The notes beneath the pieces are model-generated. The model was not told the DNA's origin. It worked only from the letters and a program-made list of their open reading frames with translations, and did not search any database. Of a DNA stretch of 64,000 nucleotides, positions 21,433-32,478 are shown piece by piece (positions within the stretch are counted from its first letter, which is position 1; every line of letters starts with the position of its first letter). The DNA lies in NCBI GenBank assembly GCA_963823035.1, contig CAWGKG010000014.1:576001-640000 (forward strand). Direction: 5' to 3'. Source of the stretch: an uncultured Gemmatimonadales bacterium (GTDB lineage Bacteria > Gemmatimonadota > Gemmatimonadetes > Longimicrobiales > Gaopeijiaceae). A program made the position numbers and the translations under genes.

Positions 21433-24073
21433 TCAGAACACCCAGCGGAGGCCGAGCGTCGGCAGGATGGGGAGCTGCTCCTCCCCGGTGTCGCGCAGCG
21501 CGCTGAACCGGCCTGGCGCCACCTCCCCCAGCACCCACTCGTAGCCGCGCAGGTTGATGCGGTTGTAGGCGTTGAACACGTCGAGGAACACCTCCAACCG
21601 GCTCCGGCGCAGCTCGAAGTTGCGCGTCACGCGCACGTCCAGACGGTGGTAGGGCGGAAGGCGCTCGGCGTTGTAGGCCTCGAAGCCCCGCTGGAGGATC
21701 TCCACCTGCTGGCCGCCGTCCCCCGGGTCGGTGAGGCGCACGTCCAGCGTCTGACCGGTGAAGGGCCAACCGGTGTGGTAGTGCCAGAGCCCGCTGACCT
21801 GCCAGCTCCGGCCGATCCGCCAGGCACCCTGGACCGTGAGCGTGTGCCGCTGGTCGAGCGTGCGCGGCGCCCATCGGCCGTCCACCCGGTCCTCGGCCAC
21901 GGAGAGCGCGTAGCTGGCCGCCCAGGAGAGCGGACCGATGTCGTCGCGCGCCACGATGACCTCCACCCCGCGTGCGCGTGCCTCGTCCGGTGCGATGCGA
22001 CGTCGGTCGCCCTCGACCTCGGGGACGGGGTTCACCTGCCGGGAGAGGTTCACGTACGTCGGGAGGGGATCGTGGATCGCCCTCCGGTAGGCCTCGACCC
22101 GCGCGCTCACGCCGCCTCCCAGCGCCCGCTCCACGCCGATCGCCACCTGGTCGGCGCGCTCCGCGGGGTTGAAGTCCCGCTCGCCGTCCTGGACGCGCAG
22201 GTCGTGCAGCGCCTGCGACTGGAAGTAGCGCCCCCAGCTCGCCCGCAGGGTCGTCCCTCGATCCACGTCCCAGGCGGAGCATCGCGCGCGGCCCCAGGTG
22301 CTCCTCTCCCGTCCAGGACTGGCGGTCCCAGCGCACGCCTCCCTCGAAGGTGAGCGCGCCGGCCACGCGGCCGCGCAGCGCCCCCCACGCACCGACCTCC
22401 GTCCCGCTCGGGTCGACCTTCACGCGCGCGGTGTCCGCACGGATGAAGAGGCGGCTCTGGTCGTCCACGTCGTAGCGCGCGGAGATGCTCCCGTACGTGT
22501 AGCCGCCCCGCCCGCCGTGGACGTCGAACCCCGCCTTGGCGAGGAGGTCTCCGGTCAGGTCGAGCTGCCACTCCTGACGCACGCCGCGGAAGTGGAAGTC
22601 GGAGGCGTCGGACACCTCCGAGCGGATGGGGGTGAAGTCTCCGCGCCCTCCGGTGTACACCCCGCCCGTGCGGTCCCGCGTCAACGAACCGAGGGAGAGG
22701 AGCGTCTCGACGCGCAGCCCGTCGATGGGCGTGCTCTTCCAGGTGAGCCAGGCGTTGCCGTTCCACCAGTCGCTGTCGACGCGCGAGTTGGTGTCCTCGT
22801 CCAGCCAGCGCATCTCGTCGCCGGCGAGGAGGATCTCCGCCGAGACGACGTTCCGCGGGGTCAACAGGTACTGCACCCGCCCGAGAGCGTCCCAGTAGCG
22901 GGGATTGAGATCGCCGTCCGCACCGCCCACCGCGAGAACGTACTGCAGGAAGCCGCGGCGCAGCGCGGCCACCCACTGTCCCCGTCCGTCCGCGAAGCTC
23001 CCCTGGCTGTTGGCGCCCACCGAGCTGAGGCTCAGCCCCACGGTGGTGCGCGTACGATCCGCCGGGGGCGTGCGCGAGTGCATGTCGAACACGCCGGCGG
23101 TCTTGTCCCCGTACTCCACCGGGAAGCCGCCGGTGATCAGGTCGATCCCGCCGAGCGACTGCACGTCGACGATGCCGAGCGCGCCGTCCAGGTCCCTCAG
23201 GTGGTAGGGCTCGTAGAGCTCCAGCCCGTCCAGGCGCACCAGGAGGTCGCGGTCCGTGCTGCCGCGGATGTTGAGCCGCGTGGAGATGTCGTCCGTGGTG
23301 ACGCCGGGGAGTCGCTTCAGCGTCCGGAAGACGTCGTCTCCGATCTGCGGCGTCGCCTCGATGTCCTCGCGGCTCACCCGCACCCCGCTCGTCCCGGGGC
23401 TCAGCTCGAGGATGCCGAAGCTCCCGGGCGCGATCACGATCTCCTCGAGGGGGATGGGGGCCCGGACCAGCGCCACGCGCACGCTGCCCGTGCCGTCGGC
23501 GCCGACCACGGCGGACAGCGTACGCGCCTCGTAGCCGAGCGCCGAGACCTGCAGCTCGTGCGTGCCCGCGCCGAGGCCCCGGAGGGCGAAACGGCCGCCG
23601 TCGCCGGTCAGCACGCTCCTCCCGCCCTCCGTCGGCCGCACCTCCGCGGCCGCGATCGGGCGCCCGCCGTCGCCGTCCACGACGAAGCCCGTGAGCGTGC
23701 TCTCGGACGCCGGCGCCCCACCGTCGCCCGTCATCGCCCCGATCAGGATCTGCCGCCGGCCCTCCACGTAGCGGAGCCCCGTACCGGCGAGGATCCGGTC
23801 GAGCGCGACGCGGAGGGTCACCGCGGTGCACGCACAGCGCACGGTGCGGCCCGCGGGAAGGAGGTCGGGGCTGTACGCGAGCGCCACCCCGGAAGCGCGC
23901 TGGAGCGCCGCGAGCGCCTCGGCGACCGGCACCTCCGCCACGTCGAGGCGCGCGGGACGGTCGAGGAGCGACGGCTCCTGCGCCTCCACGCCCACGGGAA
24001 TCGACGCCACGGCCGCCCACGTCACGAACGCCACGAGCACCGCCTCCAGCCACCGCCGACCGCACCCGCGCAT
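21433..24073 (-). CDS. TonB-dependent receptor with N-terminal STN signalling and carboxypeptidase-regulatory-like domains; frameshift near 22272
   Basis: STN-like ALQRASGVALAYSP, plug DVFRTLKRLPGV, GGFPVEYG, YHRLDVR, C-terminal LGLRWVF. Confidence 0.88.
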
Positions 24074-24110
24074 CTCTCCCCCTCCCCGTTGTCCCGTCAC
24101 CTTGGCACGC

Positions 24111-25082
24111 TCAAGGCGCCGTCATCCGGACGCGCGCCGCTCGCACCTCGCACTTCACCCCCGCCACCAGGCAGACCGCCGACACCACCTCGTCGAGCGA
24201 CTCGTCCTCGAACCATGCCGTGACCCTCCGTCGCGCGACGGTGGAATCGACCTCGACCGGGCGGCCGAAGTGGCGCCCGATCTCTCCTGCGACCTCCCGC
24301 AGCGGCGTCGCCTGGAAGAGGAGGAGACCGGCCGGCCACTCCAGGAGCGTCCACACGTCCTCGCGATCCACCACGCGGGGGGTCCCCCCGCGGGACAGGA
24401 AGGCCACCTGGCCCTGCCCCACCTCGGCGGAGCCGCCTCCGCCCTCCAGCAGCACCCGTCCCTCCACCACGACCAGTCGCAGCGCGTCGCCCTCCACCCG
24501 CACCTCGAAGCGCGTCCCGTGCGCGGTCGCGCTGCCCACATCCGTGAGCACCACGAACGGTGCTTCGCCCGGCGCCACCGCGAAGAAGGCCCGACCCTCC
24601 AGGTCCACCTCCCTACCGCGCGACCCCGGGGGGAAACGCAGGTGGCTCGAAGACGCCATGCGCACGACGCTCCCGTCCGAGAGGCTCATCGTCACCACGT
24701 CCCCCGCCATCGTCGACGAGCTGGTCGCCGCGAGGACGTTCTCCGGACCGGCGCGCGCTCCGCGCTCCACACCCGCCATCACCAGAGCGGCGACGGCCGC
24801 CGCGGCCAGGCCGTACGCCAGCCAGGGTGAGCGGAGGACGCGACGCCCGCGCCGGCGCGCCACGTCCCGGCGCCTGCGCGCCTCGGCAGCGGTGGTGACG
24901 ACCTCGACCGGAGGGGGGGTCGCCGTCTCCGGGGGCGCCGCCAGGCCCGCGATCTCCCACACGGCCCGCGTCTCCCGGTAGGCGCGCTCGTTCTCCGCGG
25001 ACGCATGGCGCCACTGCTCGACGCGACGGGCCTCGATGTCGGTGGCACGGCCCTCGAGCTGCTTGAGGATGAGCTCATCCAT
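24111..25082 (-). CDS. FecR-family anti-sigma / periplasmic sensor
   Basis: W..AS.EN, TM helix, LSDGSVVRM, REVDLEGRAFFAV, GTRFEV, LFQATPL. Confidence 0.9.
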   Translation of the reverse strand: MDELILKQLEGRATDIEARRVEQWRHASAENERAYRETRAVWEIAGLAAPPETATPPPVEVVTTAAEARRRRDVARRRGRRVLRSPWLAYGLAAAAVAALVMAGVERGARAGPENVLAATSSSTMAGDVVTMSLSDGSVVRMASSSHLRFPPGSRGREVDLEGRAFFAVAPGEAPFVVLTDVGSATAHGTRFEVRVEGDALRLVVVEGRVLLEGGGGSAEVGQGQVAFLSRGGTPRVVDREDVWTLLEWPAGLLLFQATPLREVAGEIGRHFGRPVEVDSTVARRRVTAWFEDESLDEVVSAVCLVAGVKCEVRAARVRMTAP

Positions 25083-25653
25083 CGCGGCGCCTCCCCTCCG
25101 GTTCCCCCGGCTCACCGCTGCCCGACCGGGGCATGCCTGCGACCAGATCGGCCAGCGCCGCGCGCAGGTCGCGGAGTGCCAGGCTCATGTGGTTGGCCAC
25201 GGTCTGCGTGGCGAGACCCATCGCATCCGCCGCCTCCTCGTGGCTGAGCCCCGAGAAGCGGATCAGTTCGAAGACCTCGCGGCGTCGGGGCGGAAGGCGG
25301 TCGAGCGCCGCGTCCAGGCGCAGACGCAACTCCGACCGGTCGAGATCCCCGTCGGGGGTCGGCGGCGACGCCACGCCGGAGCGCGACCGCTCCGCGGCGA
25401 GCCGCCCGCGCACCCGCGCCCGGCGGCCCTCGTCGAGCGCCGCGTTGCGCCCGATGCGGAAGAGCAGCGCGCGCGCGGACCCCGCCCGCCAATCCTCCCT
25501 CCGCTCCCAGAGCCGCACGAAGGCCTCCTGGGCCGCGTCCTCGGCGGCCTCGAGCGAGCCCGTCACGGCCGCGAGGTGTGCGACCAGCGGAGGCCAGACG
25601 TCCCTGAGCAGCAGCTCGAGGGCGCCGATGTCCCCCGCTCGAATGCGATCCAT
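25075..25653 (-). CDS. FecI-like ECF sigma factor (start uncertain)
   Basis: AEDAAQEAFVRLW, LPPRRREVFEL, TVANHMSLAL; overlaps the fecR-like start. Confidence 0.88.
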   Translation of the reverse strand: MDRIRAGDIGALELLLRDVWPPLVAHLAAVTGSLEAAEDAAQEAFVRLWERREDWRAGSARALLFRIGRNAALDEGRRARVRGRLAAERSRSGVASPPTPDGDLDRSELRLRLDAALDRLPPRRREVFELIRFSGLSHEEAADAMGLATQTVANHMSLALRDLRAALADLVAGMPRSGSGEPGEPEGRRRDG

Positions 25654-25805
25654 GGTCACTCGCCCGACCTCCCGACGCGGTTCCGTGCTCCACCCCCACA
25701 ACGTGCAAGCCCCGGCGGGACTACCAACCGCTCCCGCTGGACACGCCCCACTCGCCCTGGGCAATTTCGGGCAGCAACCCTCCATCCCTGCACCCCGGAG
25801 CACGC

Positions 25806-26693
25806 ATGGACCTCGCCGAATACGCCCGCATTCTCGACGAGATCGTCAAACACCCCCTCTTCACGATCCTGGGCCAGGCCATCACGCTGGTGGACCTGAT
25901 CACCTTCGCCTTGTTCGTCGTCGTCACGCTCGTCGTGTCACGGCTGCTGCGGAAGAGCGCCGACGCCGCGCTCGCCCGCCGGGGCGTGGAAGACCCCGGC
26001 ACGCACGCCATCGCCCGCCGCCTCATCCACTACGCGATCCTCTTCATCGGCCTGGCGACCGCGATCAGCAACCTCGGCATCAACCTCTCCGCGATCTTCG
26101 CGGCCAGCGCCGTGCTGGGCGTGGGGATCGGCTTCGCGTTCCAGAACGTGGTGGGGAACTTCATCGCCGGATTGCTCCTGCTCTTCGAGCGCTCCATCAA
26201 GCCCGGCGACGTCCTCGAGGTGGAGGGCGAGGTCGTGCGCGTCGAGGACATGCGCGTCCGCAGCACGGTCGCCCGCACACGCGACGACGAGCAGCTCATC
26301 ATCCCCAACTCGACGCTCTCGCAGGGCACGGTGAAGAACTTCACCATGCAGGACTCCCTCTACCGCGTCACGATCGCGGTGGGCGTGACCTACGACTCGG
26401 ACATGCACGAGGTACGCGACGCCCTCGAGAAGGTGGCGTACTCGATGAAGTGGCGCGTGGAGACGCACGATCCGATGGTCTTCATGACCGCGTTCGGGGA
26501 CTCGTCGGTGAACTTCGGCGTCTCCGTCTGGACCCACGATCCGTGGCGCTCGCGCCGCGCGGAGTCGGATCTGCACGAGGCGGTGTGGTGGGAGCTGAAG
26601 GAGCGGGGTATCGTGATCGCGTTCCCGCAGCTGGACGTGCACTTCGATCCGACGGTGAACGACACGCTCACCCGGCTGCCCAAGGCCTCCTGA
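25806..26693 (+). CDS. MscS-family mechanosensitive channel
   Basis: GVGIGFAFQNVVGNFIAG, IKPGD, IIPNS, FGDSS, IAFPQLDVH. Confidence 0.92.
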   Translation: MDLAEYARILDEIVKHPLFTILGQAITLVDLITFALFVVVTLVVSRLLRKSADAALARRGVEDPGTHAIARRLIHYAILFIGLATAISNLGINLSAIFAASAVLGVGIGFAFQNVVGNFIAGLLLLFERSIKPGDVLEVEGEVVRVEDMRVRSTVARTRDDEQLIIPNSTLSQGTVKNFTMQDSLYRVTIAVGVTYDSDMHEVRDALEKVAYSMKWRVETHDPMVFMTAFGDSSVNFGVSVWTHDPWRSRRAESDLHEAVWWELKERGIVIAFPQLDVHFDPTVNDTLTRLPKAS

Positions 26694-26717
26694 TCTCTCA
26701 CGCCCGACGTCTCGCCC

Positions 26718-28208
26718 ATGCCGAAGGACGCGCTCAAGGACCTTCAGCTCCTGATCCGCTCGCGGTACGGCCTCGTATACGTCGACACCGTGGAGGAGGA
26801 GCGCGCCGAAGGACTCCTGCGCCACCTCGCCGACGCCATGAAGACGCCCTTCTTCACGTGGACGCGCTCGCGTGGGCTGGTGCGCGCGGGGATGTCGGAC
26901 CCCCTCTACGACTCGCGCGATCCGGTGAAGGCCGTGCGCAACATCGAGTCCGGTGGCCAGCCGGGCATCTACCACCTCCAGGGGCTGGCGGGGGGCCTGG
27001 GCGGGCAGGACCTGCTCCAGTCCTACCTGCGCGACGCGGCCCGCTCCATGGAGCAGCGGGACGGAGCGCTCGTGCTGACGGGCGAAGGCGTCGAGTTGCC
27101 CGGCACGCTGAAGGAGATCGCCGCGGTGGTCACCCTCCCGGGTCCGTCGGACGACGAGTTCAGGGAGCTCCTCGGCCGCATCGTCCGTGACCTCTCGGCC
27201 CGCCAGAACGTGGAGGTCTCGCTGAGCCGCGAGGAGACGAACTCGCTGGTGAAGAACCTCTCGGGGCTCACGCTCATGGAGGCCGGCAAGATCCTCACGA
27301 AGGCGATCGTGGAGGACGGGTCGCTCACCGCGAGCGACATCCGCCTCGTGATCGACGCCAAGCGCGAGATCGTCGAGCGGGAGGGGCTGCTCGAGTACTT
27401 CCCGGCGGAGACCACGATGGCCGGCGTCGCCGACCTCAAGACGCTCAAGCAGTGGCTGGCCAAGCGCACGGCCGTGGTGCGGAGTCCCGAGAAGGCGGAG
27501 CAGTTCGGTCTGGGCTTCCCCCGAGGCGTTCTGTTGCTGGGCGTGCCCGGGTGCGGAAAGAGCCTGTCGGCCAAGGCCGTGGCGTCGGAGTGGGGGCTCC
27601 CCCTGCTCAAGCTCGATCCGTCGAACCTCTACAACAAGTACATCGGCGAGAGCGAGGGCAACTTCAAACGGGCCATGCGCGCGGCGGAGCGGATGGCGCC
27701 GGTGGTGCTGTGGATCGACGAGTTGGAGAAGGCGTTCGCGACCGGGGGATCGGAGGACGGAGGCGTGTCCCAGCGCATCCTCGGGAGCTTCCTGGGGTGG
27801 ATGCAGGATCGGAAGGGGGACGTGTTCGTGGTGGCGACCGCCAACGACATCCAGCGGCTCCCCCCGGAGTTCCTGCGCAAGGGCCGGTTCGACGAGATCT
27901 TCTTCGTCGACCTGCCCGACGCGCCCACGCGTCGGGAGGTCTTCCGCATCCACCTCACGGCGAGGGGGCACGATCCGTCCGACTTCGACCTGGAGGCGCT
28001 GGCGGAGGCCTCGGAGGGCTTCAGCGGCTCGGAGATCGAGCAGGTCGTGGTGAGCGCCCTCTACACCGTGTTCGCCAACGGCACCAAGCTCGACACCGGT
28101 GCGCTTCTCGCCGAGGCGCGCTCGACGCGCCCGCTCTCCGTGACGATGGTCGAGCGGATGGACGCGATGCGCGCCTGGGCGCGGGGGCGGACGGTCTCGG
28201 CCAACTGA
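26718..28208 (+). CDS. Ycf46-like AAA+ ATPase
   Basis: GVPGCGKS Walker A, LWIDELEK Walker B, ATAN, LPPEFLRKGRFDEIFFVDLP; EEER N-domain. Confidence 0.9.
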   Translation: MPKDALKDLQLLIRSRYGLVYVDTVEEERAEGLLRHLADAMKTPFFTWTRSRGLVRAGMSDPLYDSRDPVKAVRNIESGGQPGIYHLQGLAGGLGGQDLLQSYLRDAARSMEQRDGALVLTGEGVELPGTLKEIAAVVTLPGPSDDEFRELLGRIVRDLSARQNVEVSLSREETNSLVKNLSGLTLMEAGKILTKAIVEDGSLTASDIRLVIDAKREIVEREGLLEYFPAETTMAGVADLKTLKQWLAKRTAVVRSPEKAEQFGLGFPRGVLLLGVPGCGKSLSAKAVASEWGLPLLKLDPSNLYNKYIGESEGNFKRAMRAAERMAPVVLWIDELEKAFATGGSEDGGVSQRILGSFLGWMQDRKGDVFVVATANDIQRLPPEFLRKGRFDEIFFVDLPDAPTRREVFRIHLTARGHDPSDFDLEALAEASEGFSGSEIEQVVVSALYTVFANGTKLDTGALLAEARSTRPLSVTMVERMDAMRAWARGRTVSAN

Positions 28209-28219
28209 GCGGATCGACC

Positions 28220-28631
28220 TCAGCGGGCGAAGAGGTACGAGTCCCCTTCGATCAGGAGCTGCAGCGTGAAGGCCGTCTCGTCCCACGTGCCGGGATAGAC
28301 CCCACCGCCGCTCAGCGTCAGGAAGAGCGCCGCGCCATTGCGCGTCCACGTGCAGTCGTGCGCGTCCGTGCTGGTGGTCGCGTTGGCATCGGTCGTCGTG
28401 CGCAGATCGCGGTGGACGTCGCAGCTGCCGTCGGCCCGCAGCTGCGCTCCACCGCCCGTGACCTCGACCCGGTTGGTGCCGTCGTCCGATACCACGGCGG
28501 GGAGTTGCCCGGCGTCGACCGACACCAGCGTATAGTCCCCCCGCGCGGTGTCGTTTCCTTCGATGGGGTCGCTGCATCCCATGCCCGACGAGCGCCGCCA
28601 CGATCAACATCCAACGAGCATGTCCCGACAT
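28220..28631 (-). CDS. Small hypothetical lipoprotein (lipocalin-like beta pattern); frameshift near 28583
   Basis: MSGHARWMLIVAALVG joined to MGCSD; GDYTLVSVD..LP. Confidence 0.55.
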
Positions 28632-28702
28632 CCCGGCTCTCTCCTGGGTTCGATGGGGATGTGCGTACGCCACCGCGAACGTACGCCGGCGCACCTCGAC
28701 CG

Positions 28703-29359
28703 CTACACCGCTTCGAGAAGCCCCTCGTCGTCGTTCGTCGTCGTGTTGACGCGCGTCGACACGCGCCGGGACGTGAGCGTACCGGCGGGCGCGGGGGCCA
28801 CGATGCGCCTCAGCACGTCGTGTGCCGTCTTCCGGGAAAGCCAGGCGGCGCGCCCGGAAGCCGGCACGATGAGCGGCATGCGTTCGTGGACGGCGCGCAC
28901 ATCCTCGTTCGCGGCCACCGTGAGGATGGCGAAGCCGTCGCGCGTCCCCTCCCCCGCCGCCTCGTGGCGCTCCCAGAGGGCCGCCAAGGAGATGAGCCCG
29001 CCCCCGGGAGGGTGGAACCAGTAGGGGATCCTGGCGCCGCCCTCCGCGCGCCACTCGTAGAAGCCGTCGGCGGGCACGAGGATACGCCGACGCGCGAAGG
29101 CGTCGCGGAACGCCGGGGTGCGGTCCGCGGACTCGCCGCGCGCGTTGACGAAGGTGCGCGATGCGGATCCCGGTACCGCAGGGAGGAAGCCCCACCGGAG
29201 CAGACCGATGCGCCGGCCGTGACGGTCCTCACCGACCACGGGCGCGTCCTGCCCGGGCGCCAGGTTGTAGCGGGGCGTCAGCTCGAAGGAGAGCTCGGGG
29301 ACGTCGAAGACCTCGACCAGCTCGTCGGCCGGAGCCGCGAGGGTATATCGCCCACACAC
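28703..29359 (-). CDS. SOS response-associated peptidase (SRAP/YedK family)
   Basis: N-terminal MCGRY, RYNLAP, NARGE, ADGFYEW, HERMP. Confidence 0.93.
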   Translation of the reverse strand: MCGRYTLAAPADELVEVFDVPELSFELTPRYNLAPGQDAPVVGEDRHGRRIGLLRWGFLPAVPGSASRTFVNARGESADRTPAFRDAFARRRILVPADGFYEWRAEGGARIPYWFHPPGGGLISLAALWERHEAAGEGTRDGFAILTVAANEDVRAVHERMPLIVPASGRAAWLSRKTAHDVLRRIVAPAPAGTLTSRRVSTRVNTTTNDDEGLLEAV

Positions 29360-29363
29360 CCGA

Positions 29364-30580
29364 CTACTTCAGCGGCTCGGGGTGGGGGCCGCGGCGCACG
29401 TAGCGAACGTCGTCGTAGCGCCGCCGGCGCATCACCAGGCGATCCCCTGCATCCTCGTGCCGGCGATAGCCCAGGAGGTGGAAGAGCTGAAGGGCGTACC
29501 AGCGGGCGACGCGCTTGTGCACGATGAGCGCGTCGGGCCGATCCGGATCCCGCTCGACCCCCGGCAGCAGGTGCGCGACGCGATCGGCGCCCAGCGAGCG
29601 GAGGATCCGGGAAGCCTGCAGCCACGATGGGCGCGAACTCGCGGATCAGGAAGAAGCCGTCCTCCCCCTGCGCCTGGTAGAGGGGCATGAGGATCCTCCC
29701 GCGCCTGCAGCGCGACGATGTCGCCGCGGACGTCGCGCGCGAGCGGCTGGCCCCGCTCCACCGCCTGGAAGTTCCTCCACCCGGGATTCATGCGGAACTG
29801 ATCACCCGGCCCGATGGGGTGGCGATAGCGCATCTCCATGACGCGGGGTAGCCGATCCGTCTCCCTGCGCAGGAAGATGCGGGCCCCCCGGGCCTCGGGG
29901 AGACGGCGCTCGGGAAGGAGGCCGAGCCCCGCGATCTGCAGCCAGATCCCCGCCTCCGCCCGGTCGACGGCGGCCGGCTCATCGTGCTGGCCCGACTCGA
30001 AGACCGCCGCCACCAGCCCGTGACGACCCAGGAAGGCCAGCAGCGTACCCTCGAGAAGCTCCTCGATGCCGAGGACCATCGGCACGGGCACGTTCGAGGC
30101 GAAGGTCCGATTGGGAAGCGTGTCCCCGAACGTCGTGAACGGCCCTCCGGTACCGGACGTGGTGTGCAGGTCGAGCACGTAGACCGGTCCACGCGCGGCC
30201 TCCACCACCTCCTCGATCGCGTCCAGCAGCTCGACCTGCTCCTGGTCCTCCGCCGCCCCGTTCAGCCGGCCCGCGGCCCTCAGGCGATCGAGCCGCTCGT
30301 CCGTCCAGGCGCGGTTGAGGTCACGCTCGACGAAGCGACAGCCCCCCGCGAGGGCGCGCCGGTTCCCGGCCAGGGCCACGAAGTCCCCGCGCATCAGGCT
30401 CGCGCGGGGAGCCAGCCGCTCGAGGACCCTGCGCGCAGCGAGCACGCCCGCCGGCTCGTTCCCGTGCAGCCCGGCGACGCACAACAGCGTCGGCCCGGGA
30501 CGCGCGCCCTGCACGCGTCCCAGCACACGCTCGACCTCGACTGGCTCGTCCAGCCGCACTCGCTCCGCGTTGACGCTCAA
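29364..30580 (-). CDS. Succinylglutamate desuccinylase / aspartoacylase family protein; frameshifts near 29700-29620
   Basis: GLHGNEPAG, DLNRAW, LDLHTT, ESGQH. Confidence 0.85.
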
Positions 30581-30616
30581 CCCGCCGTCCTCTTCTGAAG
30601 CCGCATCCGGTCCGTG

Positions 30617-31289
30617 CTACTCCACGAAGACCGCGATCTGGTCGAGGTCCTTCTTGGTGATGTCCGGGACGGTGGCCCCGTCCGCGGGATGTCCGACCAC
30701 CAGGATCAGGAAGGGCCGCTCGTTGTCGGGGCGTGCCAGGAGCTGGTTGAGGAACTTCATCGGCGAAGGTGTGTGCGTGAGCGTGGCGAGTCCGGCGTGG
30801 TGCAACGCCGTGATCAGCATACCCGTGGCGATGCCCACGGATTCGCTCACATAGTAATTCTTCACGTGCTGCCCGTCCGGGGTCACCGCGTAGCTCTCGG
30901 CGAAGACCGCCACGAGCCAGGGCGCCTTCTCGAGGAACGGCTTGTGCTCGTCGGTGCCCAGGTGCTCCAGCGCGTCCAACCACTCCGGCGACGCGCGGCC
31001 GGCGTAGAAGGCCCGCTCCTCCTCCTCCGCCGCCTCGCGAATCCGGCGCTTCAGCAGGGGATCGCCCACCACCACGAAGCGCCACGGCTGCCGATTCGCG
31101 CCGTTCGGTGCCGTGCCCGCCGCCAGCAGGCAGCGCTCGATCACCTCGCGGGGAACCGGACGGTCGGAGAAGTCCCGCACCGTGCGTCGACGCGCGCATG
31201 CGGGCCAGGAACGCCTCGGCCTCCTCCAGCATACGCGCCGGCGGGAGGATCTCGTAGCCCGCCAGCGGCACCATCTTCGCCCGCTTCAC
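30617..31289 (-). CDS. Nitroreductase-superfamily protein, iodotyrosine deiodinase (IYD)-like; frameshift near 31190
   Basis: [55 protein letters not shown]. Confidence 0.85.
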
Positions 31290-31864
31290 CGATGGGCCGC
31301 GCCTTCCCGGGGTGCGTCCGGCTCGCGCAGAAGCCTGGCATACACCTCCACCCACTCGGCGTCGCGCGCGGCGGAGAGCACGTCCTCGGGCGCCATGTGC
31401 AGCGTCTGCGACAGCAACCTCAGGTTCACGAGCGACACGATGTCCCGGTCCGCCAGAGCGACCTGGCTCCAGCTCGGGATCGGCACGGAGCGGTAGCGGT
31501 CGTAGACGGATTGGAGGATCCCGGCCGGCGCTCCCTCCGGGATGGGGACGTAGAACTGCGAGGCGCCGACCTCGTAGCGGTTCGCGAGGTCGCTCCACCC
31601 CCGTCCCGACCTGCGCAACGCCACGATGGCCTCGGGAGACACACCGGCGTGGTGGGCGATGAAGAGAACGACCGGGATCTCGTCCGTGGGCATCTGCCAA
31701 GCGCCGAGGATCGAGATCTCCGAGGCGGGGAGGTCGAAGAAGTCCGCCACGGCCCTGAAGTAGGACTCACGTACGTCCGCTCCACGGACCTGCCCCACGA
31801 GGCCCGGCGCCACGACGATCGACGCCGCCAGCACCGCGCCCATGGTCCGTCGGATGTGGTTCAC
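31286..31864 (-). CDS. Secreted helical hypothetical protein
   Basis: GTG start after AGGGAGG, signal-like N-terminus; stop overlaps the IYD-like start (GTGA). Confidence 0.7.
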   Translation of the reverse strand: MNHIRRTMGAVLAASIVVAPGLVGQVRGADVRESYFRAVADFFDLPASEISILGAWQMPTDEIPVVLFIAHHAGVSPEAIVALRRSGRGWSDLANRYEVGASQFYVPIPEGAPAGILQSVYDRYRSVPIPSWSQVALADRDIVSLVNLRLLSQTLHMAPEDVLSAARDAEWVEVYARLLREPDAPREGAAHR

Positions 31865-32028
31865 GACGTTCCTCCCTGTGAAGGCGGAGACCTCGAAGCC
31901 CGCTCCTTTGAATCTCCCGTTGTTACACGAATCAGGCCAGGGTGGCGGATAGGGACATCGTTCGGACCCGGCCGCCCGGCGATGGTTCGAGGGGTCGAAA
32001 ACGCCCCCTGCATCTAACGAATCCCCGC

Positions 32029-32044
32029 TGGCACGACTCTTGAA
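32029..32044 (+). promoter_or_regulatory. Candidate sigma-54 promoter TGGCACG-N4-TTGAA
   Basis: Matches the -24 box exactly and the -12 box with one mismatch, ~55 nt upstream of the ATG at 32099. Confidence 0.55.
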
Positions 32045-32098
32045 CGAATGAGGGGGTGGAAGCACGACCGGCGGGGTGGACCGAAGGAGGTTGAGACC

Positions 32099-32377
32099 AT
32101 GGAACCCAACGGAAGGGACACGGGACACGGCGAGGTTCGCGTGCAGCTCCTGCCCGCCTCGGCCACGAGCGAGCCGGGGGTGGTCTTCGACTTCACGGGC
32201 CTGCATCGTCCTGAGCTGTGCGATCTTGCGTGGATCCTCACCGCACGCCTCCAATCCGCGCCGGAACAGCGCGTCTGGGTCAGGGCGCTGCCGGAATCGA
32301 CCTGGACGGTGCTGCGGGCTCTCGGCCTGGACCACCTCTTCCATCTGTTGCCCGGTCCCGGCGAGGTGATGAACTGA
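32099..32377 (+). CDS. Small STAS-like protein
   Basis: Strong AGGAGGT RBS; VVFDFTGL and VLRALGLDHLF resemble STAS segments. Confidence 0.6.
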   Translation: MEPNGRDTGHGEVRVQLLPASATSEPGVVFDFTGLHRPELCDLAWILTARLQSAPEQRVWVRALPESTWTVLRALGLDHLFHLLPGPGEVMN

Positions 32378-32478
32378 CGAGGCATTCTGCCTCATTCCTC
32401 GCAGGGCGCCGCAGTCACCGCGGCGGGTCACCATACGGCCTGGAATGTCCCTCGGGGAGGACGCGGAGACGTGTCACT

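Noticed and set aside
28703..29359. SRAP gene as a marker of a mutagenesis cassette or prophage
   Set aside because: No imuABC/umuDC, LexA box or phage genes nearby
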